From positions 1,958,839 to 2,022,838 of the forward strand of contig OY969698.1 of NCBI GenBank assembly GCA_963702015.1: a DNA stretch of 64,000 bases, given 5' to 3'. Positions 41,168 to 52,638 of this stretch are shown in pieces. The stretch is from an uncultured Planctomycetaceae bacterium. GTDB lineage: Bacteria > Planctomycetota > Planctomycetia > Pirellulales > PALSA-1355. The translations under genes and the position numbers were made by a program. The stretch's first letter is position 1, and each line of letters starts with the position of its first letter. The notes beneath the pieces were generated by a model. It searched no databases and was not told the origin of the DNA. It saw only the letters and a program-made list of their open reading frames with translations.

Positions 41168-42010
41168 TCATTGGGCCTGACCATGCAATTTGCCGGCGAC
41201 GGCGGTCTCGAATTTCGACCAACCGGAAGCCAAGAACCGATCGAACGAGAATCGCAACCGCTCGGGATGGCGGTGGATCGACGCGTTCGCCCGCTCGATC
41301 ATGTGGGGCTCGCGTCGCACAAGCTCGTCGGCGATCGTCGGCCGCAGCGCTTCGCCCAGCTCGCGCGACACGTCGCGGCCCAACTTGCCGATCCGATTCA
41401 ATTCCAGGTCGATCAGTTCGAGCTGGATTGCCGTTACCTGGGGATCGAGGACCACGTCGTCGACCAGGTGCCCCGGCTCGCGGCGAATGGCCACCTGGCA
41501 CTCGATGCGTGCTTTGACCGTGGCATCGGCATCGGTGCTGACGTCGAACAACCGAACGCCTTTCTTCCACCGCTCGAACTGCCCGGTGCCGCTCACTTTC
41601 GCCTGGACCAGCAGCGAAAAGGCGACGCCGTCGGCGGTTGTGCGGATTTGCTCAACCCGGGTCTGCAAGTTTTCGGCCGGCTCGACCAGCGTCGTCACGA
41701 AGCGTTGCCACAGGCCATCGTTCACTTCTTTAGTGGTCTTCTCCAGCCGGGGATCAAACCATTTGCCGCGCACCTTCACTTCTTTGCGCTCGGTTTGCTG
41801 ACCCCAGTGGTGCTGGCTCTGGTACTCGCTCTTGAGGCCGTCGAGAATCTCCTGGCGAACCAGTTCCTGAAACGAGTCGAGGTCGAGAATCTGCTGGGCG
41901 ATCGCCTGCTGCATGGCCTCGTCGCGAGGCCAAAGCACGACCAGCCCACCCACGGCCATGACGGCGATCGCAAACAAGCAAACCATCGCGGATAGCAGGC
42001 GACGAATCAT
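41168..42010 (-). CDS. hypothetical membrane-anchored protein
   Basis: Met at 42010 followed by a signal anchor (MIRRLLSAMVCLFAIAVMAVGGLVVLW); no recognised domain. The antisense ORF 41171..41995 was rejected. Confidence 0.5.
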   Translation of the reverse strand: MIRRLLSAMVCLFAIAVMAVGGLVVLWPRDEAMQQAIAQQILDLDSFQELVRQEILDGLKSEYQSQHHWGQQTERKEVKVRGKWFDPRLEKTTKEVNDGLWQRFVTTLVEPAENLQTRVEQIRTTADGVAFSLLVQAKVSGTGQFERWKKGVRLFDVSTDADATVKARIECQVAIRREPGHLVDDVVLDPQVTAIQLELIDLELNRIGKLGRDVSRELGEALRPTIADELVRREPHMIERANASIHRHPERLRFSFDRFLASGWSKFETAVAGKLHGQAQ

Positions 42011-42331
42011 CTTTGGGCAAACTCCTGATCGACCGGGTGCCGGGGGGGCCGGAGTATAAGGTTGCCATCCGTCCCCTGGGGAGATCGATCGGACAGGCCG
42101 GCCAGGGAAAGCCTGAGGAGGCGAGCCACGTCGCCGGGCGGATCGAGCGATCCCGCAGCCTGGGAGATATAGCCAAGCGAGGCAAGGCACCGAGTCGCAT
42201 ATTGCGACTTGGCCCCCCGGGATCGCGATGGTCCGGCTACGCACGACCCGATACGATTCCCTTCGTCAATCTTCCGCCGGCGGGGCGGCGAGATCGAAAG
42301 GGGTGGGGGAGATCGTGGGAAGCGAGATCGC

Positions 42332-44718
42332 ATGTTCGTTCACGTCGGACAGTGGATCGCCCGTCACTGGCCGTGGGTGATTGGGGCGTGGTTGATGCTG
42401 GCCGTGGCGCTGCACGTGGTGGCGCCGCGCTGGGACCAGATCACCCACGACGGCGATCTTGCCTACCTGCCCGAGCGCATGCCCAGCGTTCAAGGCGAAA
42501 AGCTTCTGCGGGCCGCCTTCCCCAATCAGTTGTCCAAAAGCACCGTGGCAATCGTGTTGGAGCGATCCGGCGGAGCGCTGGAGCCTGAGGACTTGGCGCT
42601 GGTCGACCGACTGGCCGACGAGTGTGAGTCGCTCGCCAAGACGCTGCCGATTGTCAACGTTTACACGCACAGAGCGAAATCGTGGGGGACAAGCTGACCA
42701 GCCGCGCCGGTCCCGATGGGCAGGCCACGATTGTTTTGGTGCAACTGTCGAACGAGTTCATGGCGGTCGACAATATCCGCGTGCTCGACCAGGTACTGGC
42801 ACTGGTGAAAGCGACGGAGCAGGCAAATGATTTTCCGGCCGGTTTGCGGCTCGGGGTGACCGGCTCGGCCGCTTTGGGCGGCGACATGCTCCGCAGTGCG
42901 TCGGAGAGCATCAAGAACACCGAGCTGACGACGATCGGTTTGGTCGTTCTGATCCTGCTGTTGGTCTATCGGGCACCGCTCCTGGCCTTGATTCCACTGC
43001 TCACCATCGGGGTATCGCTGGTCGTGGCGATCGACCTGCTCGCGCTGTTGACGCAGCTGAATCGGCTGGACGGATTTTCTTGGTGGCATTTTAAAGTCTT
43101 TTCGACGACGAAGATCTTCATCGTCGTGATCCTGTTTGGCGCCGGGACCGATTTTTGCCTGTTCCTGATCTCCCGTTTTCGCGAGGAACTGGAGCGTGGC
43201 CGCTCGAGCGCCCGAGCGCTGGTCGACGCGGTCGGTTGGGTCGGTCACGCGGTGGTCGGCAGCGCGATGACGACCATCGTCGGCCTGGGGATGATGTACT
43301 TCGCCGATTTCGGCAAATATCGCAACAGCGGGCCGGCCATCGCCATCTCGTTGATCGTCGCCCTGGCGGCCTGCATCACGCTGGCTCCAGCACTGGTCCG
43401 TGCCGGTGGCAACAAGGTGTTCTGGCCCGGCGGCGTTCGGGTCCGCCAGGCCGGTTCCGCGGGAGAACTTGCGCACAAGCCATCGTTCTGGGATCGTTTT
43501 TGGGATTGGGCCAGCCGGGTGATCGTCACCTATCCGGGCTGGATTCTCGTCGTCAGCGTGCTCATCTTGCTGCCGCCGGCCTATGAAGGAACGTCGGTCC
43601 CGGTGACTTACGATTTGCTGAACGAACTACAAGCCGACCGCGCGAGCGTGGTGGGAACGAAGATGGCGCTGCGCCACTTTACGGCGGGCGAAATGACCCC
43701 GTTGACGATTCTGGCCGTCGAAGAAAACGGCCAGTTCAACGACCCCGAGGGGGAAAAGCACATCGCCGAGTTGACCAAAACCCTTTATCAGATCGAGGGA
43801 GTGGCGAGCGTCCGCAGCATCACCGAGCCGTTGGGGGATAAGCCCGGCTATTTCCAACCGTTCCGGGCCGAGGGGCTGAAGAAGCTGGCGGCGCGCAAGC
43901 ACAAGGTGACACAGGCGACCTATTTGACCCAAGTTCCGGAGCTGGTGGGAAAGGTCGCTCGCTTCGACGTGGTGTTGAAGTACGAGCCGTTTTCGCCGCA
44001 GGCGGTGCAGGCGTTGAACCGCATTGATTATTTGCTGACTACGCTCGGCGCGGACCGCGAATCGAGCTGGCACGGTGCGCGCTTCGATTTCGTCGGGGCC
44101 ACCGTGGGCGTTCGCGACCTGGAACGAGTCACCGAAAGCGACCAGCGGCTGATCCAGCGGCTGACGGTGCTGGCTGTATTGGGCGTGTTGATCCTGATTC
44201 TGCGCCGGCCGGTGGTTTGTCTCTATCTGATCGTGTCGGTGTTGTTCAGCTACTACGTCACGATCGGCACCACCGAATGGGTCTTCCGCCATCTTTACGC
44301 CGGCTCGTACCAAGGATTGGATTGGAAGGTGCCGATCTTTTTGTTCGTGATCCTGATCGCGGTCGGCGAGGACTACAACATCTATCTGGTCACCCGGGTG
44401 AACGAGGAACAACGGCGGCACGGCCCACTGGTGGGCCTGCGCTTGGCGATCGCCTCGACCGGGGGAATCATCACCAGTTGCGGTGCGATCATGGCCGGGA
44501 CGTTCGTGTCGATGCTCAGCGGCACGTTGCGGGGAATGCTGGAGCTCGGTTTTGCCCTCTCACTCGGGGTAATGCTCGATACGTGCATCGTGCGCCCGAT
44601 CCTGGTTCCCGCCTTTCTGGCGGTGCTCGACCGTCGCACGGCGCTCCACTCGGCGGGCAAGGGCGGCCCGCTCGAGTCGCCTCCCGCCGACCAGCCTTGG
44701 GCGGCCGCTCCGCGGTAG
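42332..44718 (+). CDS. MMPL family (RND superfamily) transporter, with a 1-nt frameshift near 42676
   Basis: N-terminal ORF (MFVHVGQWIARHWPWVIGAWLMLAV...LPIVNVYTHRA) and ORF 42682..44718 join as ...HRA/EIVGDKLTSRAGPDG... if one G is added. Twelve-TM MMPL architecture. Confidence 0.75.
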
Positions 44719-44997
44719 TTTTCCACGCCGGGCCCGCAGTCCGAGGGACTACCTGGCGGCTGGCCAACAGGGTAAATTGATCGGGCGATTCTGATCTGTC
44801 GCGATGCTTCGGCATGCATACGGAGAAGAGCGACTTGCCTACGCGGTAGGCGATCGTCGGGCGAGTCGTGCGACAAACGGCGGCAAGGGCAATGCTCGCC
44901 GGTTCTTCTCAGCGGGGAGGACGGCGCGTCCTAAACCGCGATTAGAAAACATCTTCTCGAACGTTTGAATCGTTGCGCAATTGATTCGCTAACAAAG

Positions 44998-45015
44998 AGG
45001 CATGTAATTTGCTTA
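44998..45015 (+). promoter_or_regulatory. candidate sigma-54-type -24/-12 element (GG-N10-GC, aGGCATgtaatTTGCt) upstream of glnN
   Basis: GG at 44999-45000 and TTGC with GC at 45011-12. The palindromic TTGCGCAA core lies ~30 nt upstream at ~44972. Confidence 0.25.
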
Positions 45016-45095
45016 AGTAGACGTCCCCCCCGCAGCAATCGCGGCAGGCGCGGGACCATCCCCCGATCCTTCTTTTTGTCACAGGAGTCAGGACC

Positions 45096-47270
45096 TTGAA
45101 TAGCGCACGTGAGGCGGCAATCGCGGCAGTAACTAACTACAAAGCAACAGGACCGGGGCTTAATTTCAAGGAGACTCCCGCCAGCGAGATCTTCGCGGCC
45201 AACGTCTTCACCGACGGCGTCATGAAGGATCGGCTGCCGAAATCGGTTTACAAGGCGCTGCAAAAGACGATCAAAACCGCCGACAAACTCGATCCGACCG
45301 TGGCCGACGCCGTCGCCCTGGCGATGAAGGACTGGGCGATTGAAAAGGGGGCCACCCACTACGCCCACGTCTTCTACCCTTTGACCGGCATCACCGCTGA
45401 AAAGCACGACAGTTTTTTGTCACCCACCGGCGACGGTCACGCGTTGGCCGAATTCGGCGGAAAAGAGCTGATTCAGGGCGAGCCCGACGCTTCGAGCTTC
45501 CCGTCGGGCGGCATCCGCGCGACGTTTGAGGCCCGTGGCTACACGGCTTGGGACCCGACCAGCCCCGCCTACATTCTGGAAAACCCGAACGGCACGACGC
45601 TTTGCATTCCGACGGCCTTTGTTTCTTGGACGGGCGAAGCGCTCGACAAGAAGACCCCGGTCCTTCGCTCGATGCAGGCCCTGAACGAACAAGCCCAGAA
45701 AGTCTTGAAGTTGTTCGGCCATGAATGCCCCCACGTATTTGCCTCGGCCGGCCCCGAGCAGGAATACTTCCTGATCGACCGCAACTTCTACTTCTCGCGG
45801 CTGGACTTGGTGACCTGCGGCCGCACGCTCTACGGAGCCAAGCCGCCGAAGGGACAGGAATTCGAAGACCATTATTTCGGTGCCATCCCCGAGCGCGTGT
45901 TGGCCTGTATGCTCGAAGTCGAGCGCGAACTGTTCAAGCTGGGCGTTCCGGCCAAAACCCGCCACAACGAGGTGGCCCCGGCCCAGTACGAATTGGCCCC
46001 GCTCTACGAAAACGCCAACGTGGCCACCGACCACCAGCAGACGATCATGCAGACCCTGACCCGGGTAGCTCAGAAGTATGGCATGGCCTGCTTGATGCAC
46101 GAAAAGCCTTTTGCCGGCGTCAACGGATCGGGCAAGCACGTCAACTGGTCGATGGGTGGTCCCGGTGTGGGCAACCTGCTCGATCCCGGTGAAAACCCGG
46201 AGCAGAACGCCCAGTTCCTGGTCTTCTGCGCCGCGGTTATTCGGGCGGTCCACTTGCACGCCGACCTGCTGCGGGCATCGGTTGCCCACGCGGGCAACGA
46301 CCACCGGTTGGGAGCCAACGAAGCCCCGCCGGCGATTATCTCGGTCTACCTGGGCGACCAGCTTTCCGACATCTTCGAAGCGGTCGAAAAGGGAGGTGGG
46401 GGCAACGCCAAGCACGGCAGCACGATGACCATCGGGGTCGACACGCTGCCGCCATTGCCGAAGCATGCCACGGATCGCAATCGGACCAGTCCGTTTGCTT
46501 TCACCGGCAACCGCTTCGAGTTCCGCGCGGTCGGATCGGCCCAGTCGATTGCCGGTCCGCTGGTGGTGCTGAACACGATTGTCGCCGAAAGCGTCGATCA
46601 TATTGCCAGCGAACTACAGAAAGCCTCGGGCGGCGATCCGAAGAAACTTGCCGCTGCCGTTCAAAAAGTAGTGGGCGAGACTTGGAAGGCTCACAAGGCC
46701 GTGTGCTTCAATGGCGACGGCTACTCGGCCGAGTGGCATGCCGAAGCTGAAAAGCGGGGTCTGCCGAACTTGAAGAGCACGATCAATGCTCTGCCTGCGT
46801 TGATTTCCGAGAAGAACCTAAAGTTGTTCGCGAAATACAATGTCCTTTCCGAACGCGAAATGCACAGCCGCTATGAGATCTACGTCGAGCGGTACGTGAA
46901 GGACGTCAACATGGAAAGCCTGACCGCGCTGACCATGGCCAAGACCGAAATCCTGCCGGCCGCTCTGAAGTATCAAGGCAAGCTGGCAGCGATCGCCGCG
47001 GACCTCAAGTCGCTCGGCAAGACTCCGCACACCGGATCGCTCGATAAGCTCACCGACCTGATTGGCGACCTGGAAGGCAAGATCGGCAAACTCGAAGCGG
47101 CGATCGACCACCACGCAACCGGCGATCTGTTGGCCCACGCCAAGCACTCCTATAGCGAGGTGTTGCCGGCGATGAAGGCGGTCCGCGACGTCGCCGATAA
47201 GCTGGAATCGATCATTTCCGACGAGTGCTGGCCTTTGCCGACGTACGCGGAAATGTTGTTTATCAAGTAG
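45096..47270 (+). CDS. glnN: glutamine synthetase type III
   Basis: 724 aa with GSIII-specific length and motifs. TTG start with AGGAG RBS. Confidence 0.85.
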   Translation: MNSAREAAIAAVTNYKATGPGLNFKETPASEIFAANVFTDGVMKDRLPKSVYKALQKTIKTADKLDPTVADAVALAMKDWAIEKGATHYAHVFYPLTGITAEKHDSFLSPTGDGHALAEFGGKELIQGEPDASSFPSGGIRATFEARGYTAWDPTSPAYILENPNGTTLCIPTAFVSWTGEALDKKTPVLRSMQALNEQAQKVLKLFGHECPHVFASAGPEQEYFLIDRNFYFSRLDLVTCGRTLYGAKPPKGQEFEDHYFGAIPERVLACMLEVERELFKLGVPAKTRHNEVAPAQYELAPLYENANVATDHQQTIMQTLTRVAQKYGMACLMHEKPFAGVNGSGKHVNWSMGGPGVGNLLDPGENPEQNAQFLVFCAAVIRAVHLHADLLRASVAHAGNDHRLGANEAPPAIISVYLGDQLSDIFEAVEKGGGGNAKHGSTMTIGVDTLPPLPKHATDRNRTSPFAFTGNRFEFRAVGSAQSIAGPLVVLNTIVAESVDHIASELQKASGGDPKKLAAAVQKVVGETWKAHKAVCFNGDGYSAEWHAEAEKRGLPNLKSTINALPALISEKNLKLFAKYNVLSEREMHSRYEIYVERYVKDVNMESLTALTMAKTEILPAALKYQGKLAAIAADLKSLGKTPHTGSLDKLTDLIGDLEGKIGKLEAAIDHHATGDLLAHAKHSYSEVLPAMKAVRDVADKLESIISDECWPLPTYAEMLFIK

Positions 47271-47348
47271 TCATGTGGCACGGTCGCGGTAGGGGCCGAA
47301 TTTCGGCCGCCGAAACCCTGTAAGGGTGCCAAAACCCGCGATTTTTAA

Positions 47349-47393
47349 GCCATCCCCACCAGGCCTCAAGCCCGGTGGGGGTGGCTTTTTTTA
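47349..47393 (+). terminator. rho-independent terminator downstream of glnN
   Basis: 12-bp stem GCCATCCCCACC/GGTGGGGGTGGC (one mismatch) followed by TTTTTTT. Confidence 0.6.
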
Positions 47394-47572
47394 TTGGCCT
47401 CCGCTCGCCGTGGCCCTGATTGCAACGCCGTCCGGAAAGCCTATCATGGCGGGGTTCCCCCTTGCTCGCCGGAGGCGGTCGATGCACCGCTCGGTCGCCG
47501 CCGAATGTCGAGCGCATGAGCGGCGGATTCACGTCCCAGCGGTGCCTTCCGTTTTTTCGAGGAGCTTGCGTT

Positions 47573-49009
47573 ATGCTTGGCGAATCAGGCAAAAAAGTGA
47601 CTCCGAAAGAAGTCCTGGCACTGTGTCGCGAAAAGGAAGTCAAATCGGTCGACCTCCGCTTCATGGACTTTCCCGGCCTGTGGCAGCACTTCACCATCCC
47701 GGTCGGCAAGTTGGTCGAGGACGTCTTTGAAGACGGCCTCGGATTCGACGGATCGAGCATCCGCGGCTGGCAGGCGATCAACGAGAGCGACATGCTCGTC
47801 GTTCCCCAGCCTGAGACCGCCTTCATCGATCCCTTCACCGCCATTCCCACGCTGGTGATGATCTGCAACATCCAGGACCCGATCACTCGCGAGGACTATT
47901 CGCGCGATCCGCGCAATGTCGCCCGCAAGGCAGTCAACTATCTCAAGAGCACCGGCATCGCCGACACCTGCTCGGTCGGTCCGGAAGCCGAATTCTTCAT
48001 CTTCGACGACGTCCGCTTCGATCAGAACGCCCACGAGGGCTACTATCACATCGACAGCATCGAAGGCGAATGGAACCGCGGCCGCAAGGAGAACCCGAAC
48101 CTCGCCAACAAGATTCGCTACAAGGAGGGCTATTTCCCCGTTCCGCCCGCCGACCAGATGATGAACATCCGCAACGAGATGATGCAGACCATGATCGAGT
48201 GCGGACTGGACGTCGAAGCCCAGCACCACGAAGTCGCCACCGCCGGCCAGAGCGAAATCGACCTCCGCTTCGACGAGCTGGTCCGCATGGCCGACAAAAT
48301 GATGATCTATAAATACATCATCAAAAACGTCGCCACCAAGTACAACAAAACCGTCACCTTCATGCCCAAGCCGCTCTACGGCGACAATGGATCGGGAATG
48401 CACACCCACATGTCGCTATGGAAGGGGGGCTCGCCGCTGTTTGCGGGATCGGGCTATGCGGGCCTGAGCGACATGGCCATGTACGCCATCGGTGGACTGC
48501 TGCGGCACGCACCGGCCATTCTGGCTTTCAGCAATCCGACGACCAACAGCTACAAGCGGCTGGTGCCGGGCTACGAGGCGCCGGTCAACCTGGCCTATTC
48601 GCAGCGGAACCGGTCGGCCAGTTGCCGTATTCCGATGTACAGCCCCAGCCCCAAGGCCAAGCGGGTCGAGTTCCGCTGTCCCGATCCGAGCTGCAATCCC
48701 TACCTGGCGTTCTCAGCCATGCTGATGGCGATCATCGATGGCGTTCAGAACAAGCTCAGCCCGGGCGAGCCGCTGGATAAGGACATCTATGACCTGGCGC
48801 CGGAAGAGCTGGCCGAAGTGCCCAAGACCCCCGGCTCGTTGGACGAAGCCTTGGCGGCTCTGCGCAGCGATCACGAATTCTTGCTGCGTGGCGACGTCTT
48901 CACGCAAGACGTGGTCGACACCTGGATCTGGTACAAGACGGAAAAAGAAGTCGACGCGATGCGGCTGCGGCCCCATCCCTACGAATTTTGCTTGTACTAC
49001 GACATTTAA
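47573..49009 (+). CDS. glnA: glutamine synthetase type I
   Basis: Met at 47573 with GAGGAG RBS; canonical GSI sequence ([13 protein letters not shown]..., [24 protein letters not shown]). Confidence 0.85.
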   Translation: MLGESGKKVTPKEVLALCREKEVKSVDLRFMDFPGLWQHFTIPVGKLVEDVFEDGLGFDGSSIRGWQAINESDMLVVPQPETAFIDPFTAIPTLVMICNIQDPITREDYSRDPRNVARKAVNYLKSTGIADTCSVGPEAEFFIFDDVRFDQNAHEGYYHIDSIEGEWNRGRKENPNLANKIRYKEGYFPVPPADQMMNIRNEMMQTMIECGLDVEAQHHEVATAGQSEIDLRFDELVRMADKMMIYKYIIKNVATKYNKTVTFMPKPLYGDNGSGMHTHMSLWKGGSPLFAGSGYAGLSDMAMYAIGGLLRHAPAILAFSNPTTNSYKRLVPGYEAPVNLAYSQRNRSASCRIPMYSPSPKAKRVEFRCPDPSCNPYLAFSAMLMAIIDGVQNKLSPGEPLDKDIYDLAPEELAEVPKTPGSLDEALAALRSDHEFLLRGDVFTQDVVDTWIWYKTEKEVDAMRLRPHPYEFCLYYDI

Positions 49010-49030
49010 GCTTTCGGGCCAAACGCACGA

Positions 49031-49083
49031 GCCGGCGTGGCGGCACGACTCGATTGAGTCGCGGCCGCGCGCCGGTTTTTTTA
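49031..49083 (+). terminator. GC-rich hairpin plus T-run downstream of glnA, overlapping the stop of the convergent gene
   Basis: ccggcgtggcggcacgactcgattgagtcgcggccgcgcgccgg ttttttt. Confidence 0.4.
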
Positions 49084-49653
49084 TGCGCCGTGGTCGGGCT
49101 GGTAGCAGAGCAAGACGTTCCCGTTGCCGAAAGTGCGCGTGGCGGTCAGCTTCAGGCTGAGCTTGGTTTTGATGCCCTCGAACATCGTTCTGCCCGCGCC
49201 AAGGACAACGGGATTCACCACGAGCTGGAATTCATCGATCAATCCCGCTTCGGCCAATGGTGCGACGATGCTGCCGCTGCCCAAAATCGCCATGCCGGGC
49301 CCGGGCTCTTGTTTCAACCGGCGAATTTCCGCCGCCAAGTCGCCCTGGACGAGCCGGGTATTATTCCATGATGCCTTGTCGAGCGTTTTCGAAAAGACGA
49401 TCTTCGGCGATCGATTGATCCGCTCAGCCACAATCGGATCGTTTTGGGCCGCATGCGGCGTCGGCCAGTAGCTGGCCATCAGCTCATAGGTGATCCGGCC
49501 GAACAAGAGCGTTCCGCCGGAACCGGCATTCTCGGCGACAAAGGCATTCCACTCGGCGTCGCTGGTATCCTTGTGGGCCCAACGGATGTCGCCGCCGGCA
49601 CCGGCAAAGTAACCATCGAGCGTTACCTGATTGAAAACGATCAATTTCCGCAT
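49081..49653 (-). CDS. dihydrofolate reductase family protein (RibD C-terminal domain-like)
   Basis: 190 aa; MRKLIVFNQVTLDGYF... and ...LGSGSIV...LIDEFQLVVNPVVLG are typical of the RibD_C/DHFR-like family. Confidence 0.65.
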   Translation of the reverse strand: MRKLIVFNQVTLDGYFAGAGGDIRWAHKDTSDAEWNAFVAENAGSGGTLLFGRITYELMASYWPTPHAAQNDPIVAERINRSPKIVFSKTLDKASWNNTRLVQGDLAAEIRRLKQEPGPGMAILGSGSIVAPLAEAGLIDEFQLVVNPVVLGAGRTMFEGIKTKLSLKLTATRTFGNGNVLLCYQPDHGA

Positions 49654-49897
49654 GCTTCCTCCATGCTTTTTTGTCGCGGGCGATGACGAACTTTCGATTC
49701 ATCGAGCACTCTATTGGAATAAGGTACAACGGCGATTGAACTGCCGGTATAGCGCCAGGACCGCGGGCTCGGCGGGGTAGGCGTGCAAGCACAGCCAGAG
49801 ACGATATGGGAAGTCCCAACTGACACCATTTTTGAGGTTGCGCCGGGGGCGGGCGGGGCGTCTATAACCGTGGGGGCCCACCGAGGGAAAACAAGCT

Positions 49898-50431
49898 TTG
49901 AAACCAGGCACAACCGAAGTTCTGGCGTTGCTCCACGAGCATGGCGGGCGGTTGTACGCACTGCTGGTACGACTGACCCTACGCGGGGACGTGGCCGACG
50001 ATCTGCTGCAAGATTTGTTCTGCAAGCTGGTCCAGAATCGACGCTTTGCCGCGGCTGGCGATCCACTGGCTTATGCCAGCCGGGTGGCCATGAATCTGGC
50101 CTTCGACCACCAGCGGCGCCAGCGCCGATCCAGATGCGGCGCGCTGCACGCCGAAGCATTGGCGACCCTGCCCACCTCGCCAATCGGCGACGTGGTGCGG
50201 CGCGAAGAGCTCGAAAGGGTGCTCGATGCGATCGGGCGATTGCCGGCCAATTCGCGGGAAATCATCGTGCTGCGGTACCTTGAGCAACAAGAGTTCGAAG
50301 CGATTGGGCGGGCGCTGGGGAAAACGGCGCACCAGGCCCGGGCGCTATGCCACAAGGCGATGACGCGGCTGCGCCGGCTGCTGGGCGAAAACGAACCGGA
50401 TGACCTCATGAGGAAAAGGTCCGAAGAATGA
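49898..50431 (+). CDS. ECF RNA polymerase sigma-70 factor (second copy)
   Basis: Region 2 DLLQDLFCKL and region 4 SREIIVLRYLEQQEFEAIGRALGKTAHQARALCHKAMTRLR. Confidence 0.8.
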   Translation: MKPGTTEVLALLHEHGGRLYALLVRLTLRGDVADDLLQDLFCKLVQNRRFAAAGDPLAYASRVAMNLAFDHQRRQRRSRCGALHAEALATLPTSPIGDVVRREELERVLDAIGRLPANSREIIVLRYLEQQEFEAIGRALGKTAHQARALCHKAMTRLRRLLGENEPDDLMRKRSEE

Positions 50432-51390
50432 ACCACCACGACAAATCGCGCTTGCTGCTCGACGATTTGGACACATTGGCCCGCTTGCCGATCGACGGAG
50501 TCGCTAGCCGCCGCGCGGTTGAGCGTGCACACGCGGCGGCCGCGGCGCTGGCCCGCGCGCGGCGCACCAAGCCTATGGTCTTGCTCTGCCGGGTAACGTT
50601 GGCAGGCGCGGCGCTGGCGGTCGTGGGCTTGGTCAGCGTTTGGTTCACCCCCTCGCGGGGGACCGATGGGGTCGCCTTTGCCCAGATGCAGCGCGGTGTG
50701 TCACGGGCCAAAACGGCGCAATATGTGCTAAGCAGAACGGTCAGGCTGAAAGACGGAAAGCGCGTCCGGGTCATCTCGCAAGAAAAACGCAAGGTGAGGA
50801 TCCTCGGCGCCCACCAGATGCGCGAAGAAGTCGAGGTCATCCAACCGGGCAGACTAGGGCCGAAGCGCGACAGCTGGATCTATATCCAAAACATGCTGAC
50901 TGGCAAGACGATTTCGCTCGACCCCGATACGAAACAGTACGACGCTTCCAATCTCGTGCTGGGGATCGATCCCGAGAACAGCGAAGTGCACGAGCAACAG
51001 ATCAAAGTAGCGCCGGAGGTCGACTTCTACCGTAAGATCCGCGAAGCGCCGGGCGAGAAGGCGAAGAAATTGCCCGACCGTATGATCGGCGGCCAAGTGG
51101 CGGCCGGGTTCCAGATCGTCGAGCGCGATGAGCGTCCGGCGGGGACCAACACTTGGACCGGGACGTATTGGATCGACCCGCAGACGAAGTTGCCGTTGCG
51201 GATCGAGTTTTCGCGGCGCAGCACCGATCCGACCATGGCCGACAGCGATTCGACGTTGACCGATTTTGTCTTCGACGCCCCGCTCGGGGAGGCGCTCTTC
51301 AGCACCGATCCACCGCCCGGATATCACGAAATCGTGCCGCAGCATCCAGCCGAAAAGCCCGAGAACGAGCCTGCGGAGGAGGCGAAATAG
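50428..51390 (+). CDS. putative anti-sigma factor (single TM, one sensor module homologous to those of 2515..4806)
   Basis: Start overlaps the sigma stop (ATGA). TM helix VLLCRVTLAGAALAVVGLV. C-domain aligns with the tandem modules (TGKTISL / TGKTVNL; YWIDPQTKLPL / LWGDPATGLPL; EALFSTDPPPGY / PALFDTTPPADY). Confidence 0.65.
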   Translation: MNHHDKSRLLLDDLDTLARLPIDGVASRRAVERAHAAAAALARARRTKPMVLLCRVTLAGAALAVVGLVSVWFTPSRGTDGVAFAQMQRGVSRAKTAQYVLSRTVRLKDGKRVRVISQEKRKVRILGAHQMREEVEVIQPGRLGPKRDSWIYIQNMLTGKTISLDPDTKQYDASNLVLGIDPENSEVHEQQIKVAPEVDFYRKIREAPGEKAKKLPDRMIGGQVAAGFQIVERDERPAGTNTWTGTYWIDPQTKLPLRIEFSRRSTDPTMADSDSTLTDFVFDAPLGEALFSTDPPPGYHEIVPQHPAEKPENEPAEEAK

Positions 51391-51435
51391 CGGAGCGACG
51401 GTCGGCGGTCCCGGTGCCGCGGAAACCCGCTCGGC

Positions 51436-52221
51436 CTACTGCGCCGGCTTCGACTCGACGCCGAAGGGATCTTGAATCACCGCAGCGTCGTCTTTGGGTT
51501 CTTTGGCCATCTTCGCCGATTTGGCCGCCCGAGCCGGCTTTTTCGCGGCGACCAGCGGTTTGGACAGCGTGATCGTCAACTCTTCGGCGAAGGCCTGGCC
51601 CGGCTTGCCGGCAGCCGGCTTGTTGGCGGGATTGTACCAACCGGTGAGCTTCACTCCGTCGCCCTCATGGACAAGGCTAAAGTCGTCCGACGAAAGTTTC
51701 ACCTCGGCGTCTTCGGCAAGCACTCCAAAGATTTTCTTGTTGCCGGCGACGAGCGCGATATCGTGTTCCTTGAGACTGGTGATTTTTGCGCGGATCTCGT
51801 AAGGGCCCGGCGCGGGCTTGGCGACCGGTTTGGCCGTCGGGCTTTTGTCGCCGACGCTGAACAGACCCAAGGCATTCTTGCCTTGTGGCGTGAAGATTTC
51901 GAGTTCCTTGATTTCTTCCTGCAAAGTTCCCTTCTTGTCGATCTCGCCTTCGAAGCGGACGGTCAACCCGTGACGCAGATATCCCGGTTCGGCGGTGCCG
52001 GCAATTTCGATCTTGGTTTGCTCCGGCTTGATTTCGACAAGCCACACGTCCTCGGAGTCTGCAACCTTAACTCGCAGGACTTGATCGGAGACGACGGCGT
52101 CGAGCGTGCCGCTGGCAGTGAGCGCTTCGGCTCCTGGTGGAGTGGCGTTTTGCGCCGCGGCGCGGGGAAGAGTCGCGGCCAAGAGGCCGACGATCGCGAT
52201 GAGTAAGGAGAACGAGCGCAT
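51436..52221 (-). CDS. hypothetical secreted protein
   Basis: Trimmed to the Met before the signal peptide (MRSFSLLIAIVGLLAATLPRAAA); no recognised domain. Confidence 0.5.
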   Translation of the reverse strand: MRSFSLLIAIVGLLAATLPRAAAQNATPPGAEALTASGTLDAVVSDQVLRVKVADSEDVWLVEIKPEQTKIEIAGTAEPGYLRHGLTVRFEGEIDKKGTLQEEIKELEIFTPQGKNALGLFSVGDKSPTAKPVAKPAPGPYEIRAKITSLKEHDIALVAGNKKIFGVLAEDAEVKLSSDDFSLVHEGDGVKLTGWYNPANKPAAGKPGQAFAEELTITLSKPLVAAKKPARAAKSAKMAKEPKDDAAVIQDPFGVESKPAQ

Positions 52222-52638
52222 AAAAGTCCGCCGCTGCTTCAATGATCCGGTGGTTCGACGCGCGAAGTGCTGCCAGGGCCGTTTCAACTACGTTTCAGAA
52301 TACTGCCCTGGCTGGTCGTTTGCCAGACGGGGCGGGGCCGGCTGGCGGCAGAAAGTGGTCACCCCGATCGATCGAAATCGGGGGCGTTGCGGCATGCATT
52401 TTGCCAATACCGGCCTGGGCGACGGGCGCTTCGGGGCCTTTGGCGCCTTTGCTTCCGGCGGGCGTCCGTTTACGTTGATTGGGAACGAGAACTGGGTGTG
52501 GCCGCCAGCCGTAGGCGGCCGGCCGGTGACCGCTGGCGGGTGAGCCCGCCCAGGCAGTGGCATCGGCTGGCGGGCCGTGCCATGGGCCGCCCAAACCGGC
52601 GGCCGCGGCGAATCCTTCAACAACCCGGCGAACGCGAA

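Noticed and set aside
41171-41995. 274-aa plus-strand ORF
   Set aside because: Antisense to 41168..42010, which has a credible signal anchor and protein-like composition; the plus frame is Leu/Arg/Asp/His-rich junk.
47398-47572. Sigma-54 promoter upstream of glnA (GSI)
   Set aside because: TGGCCctgaTTGCA has the wrong GG to GC spacing (8 rather than 10), so it is not called.
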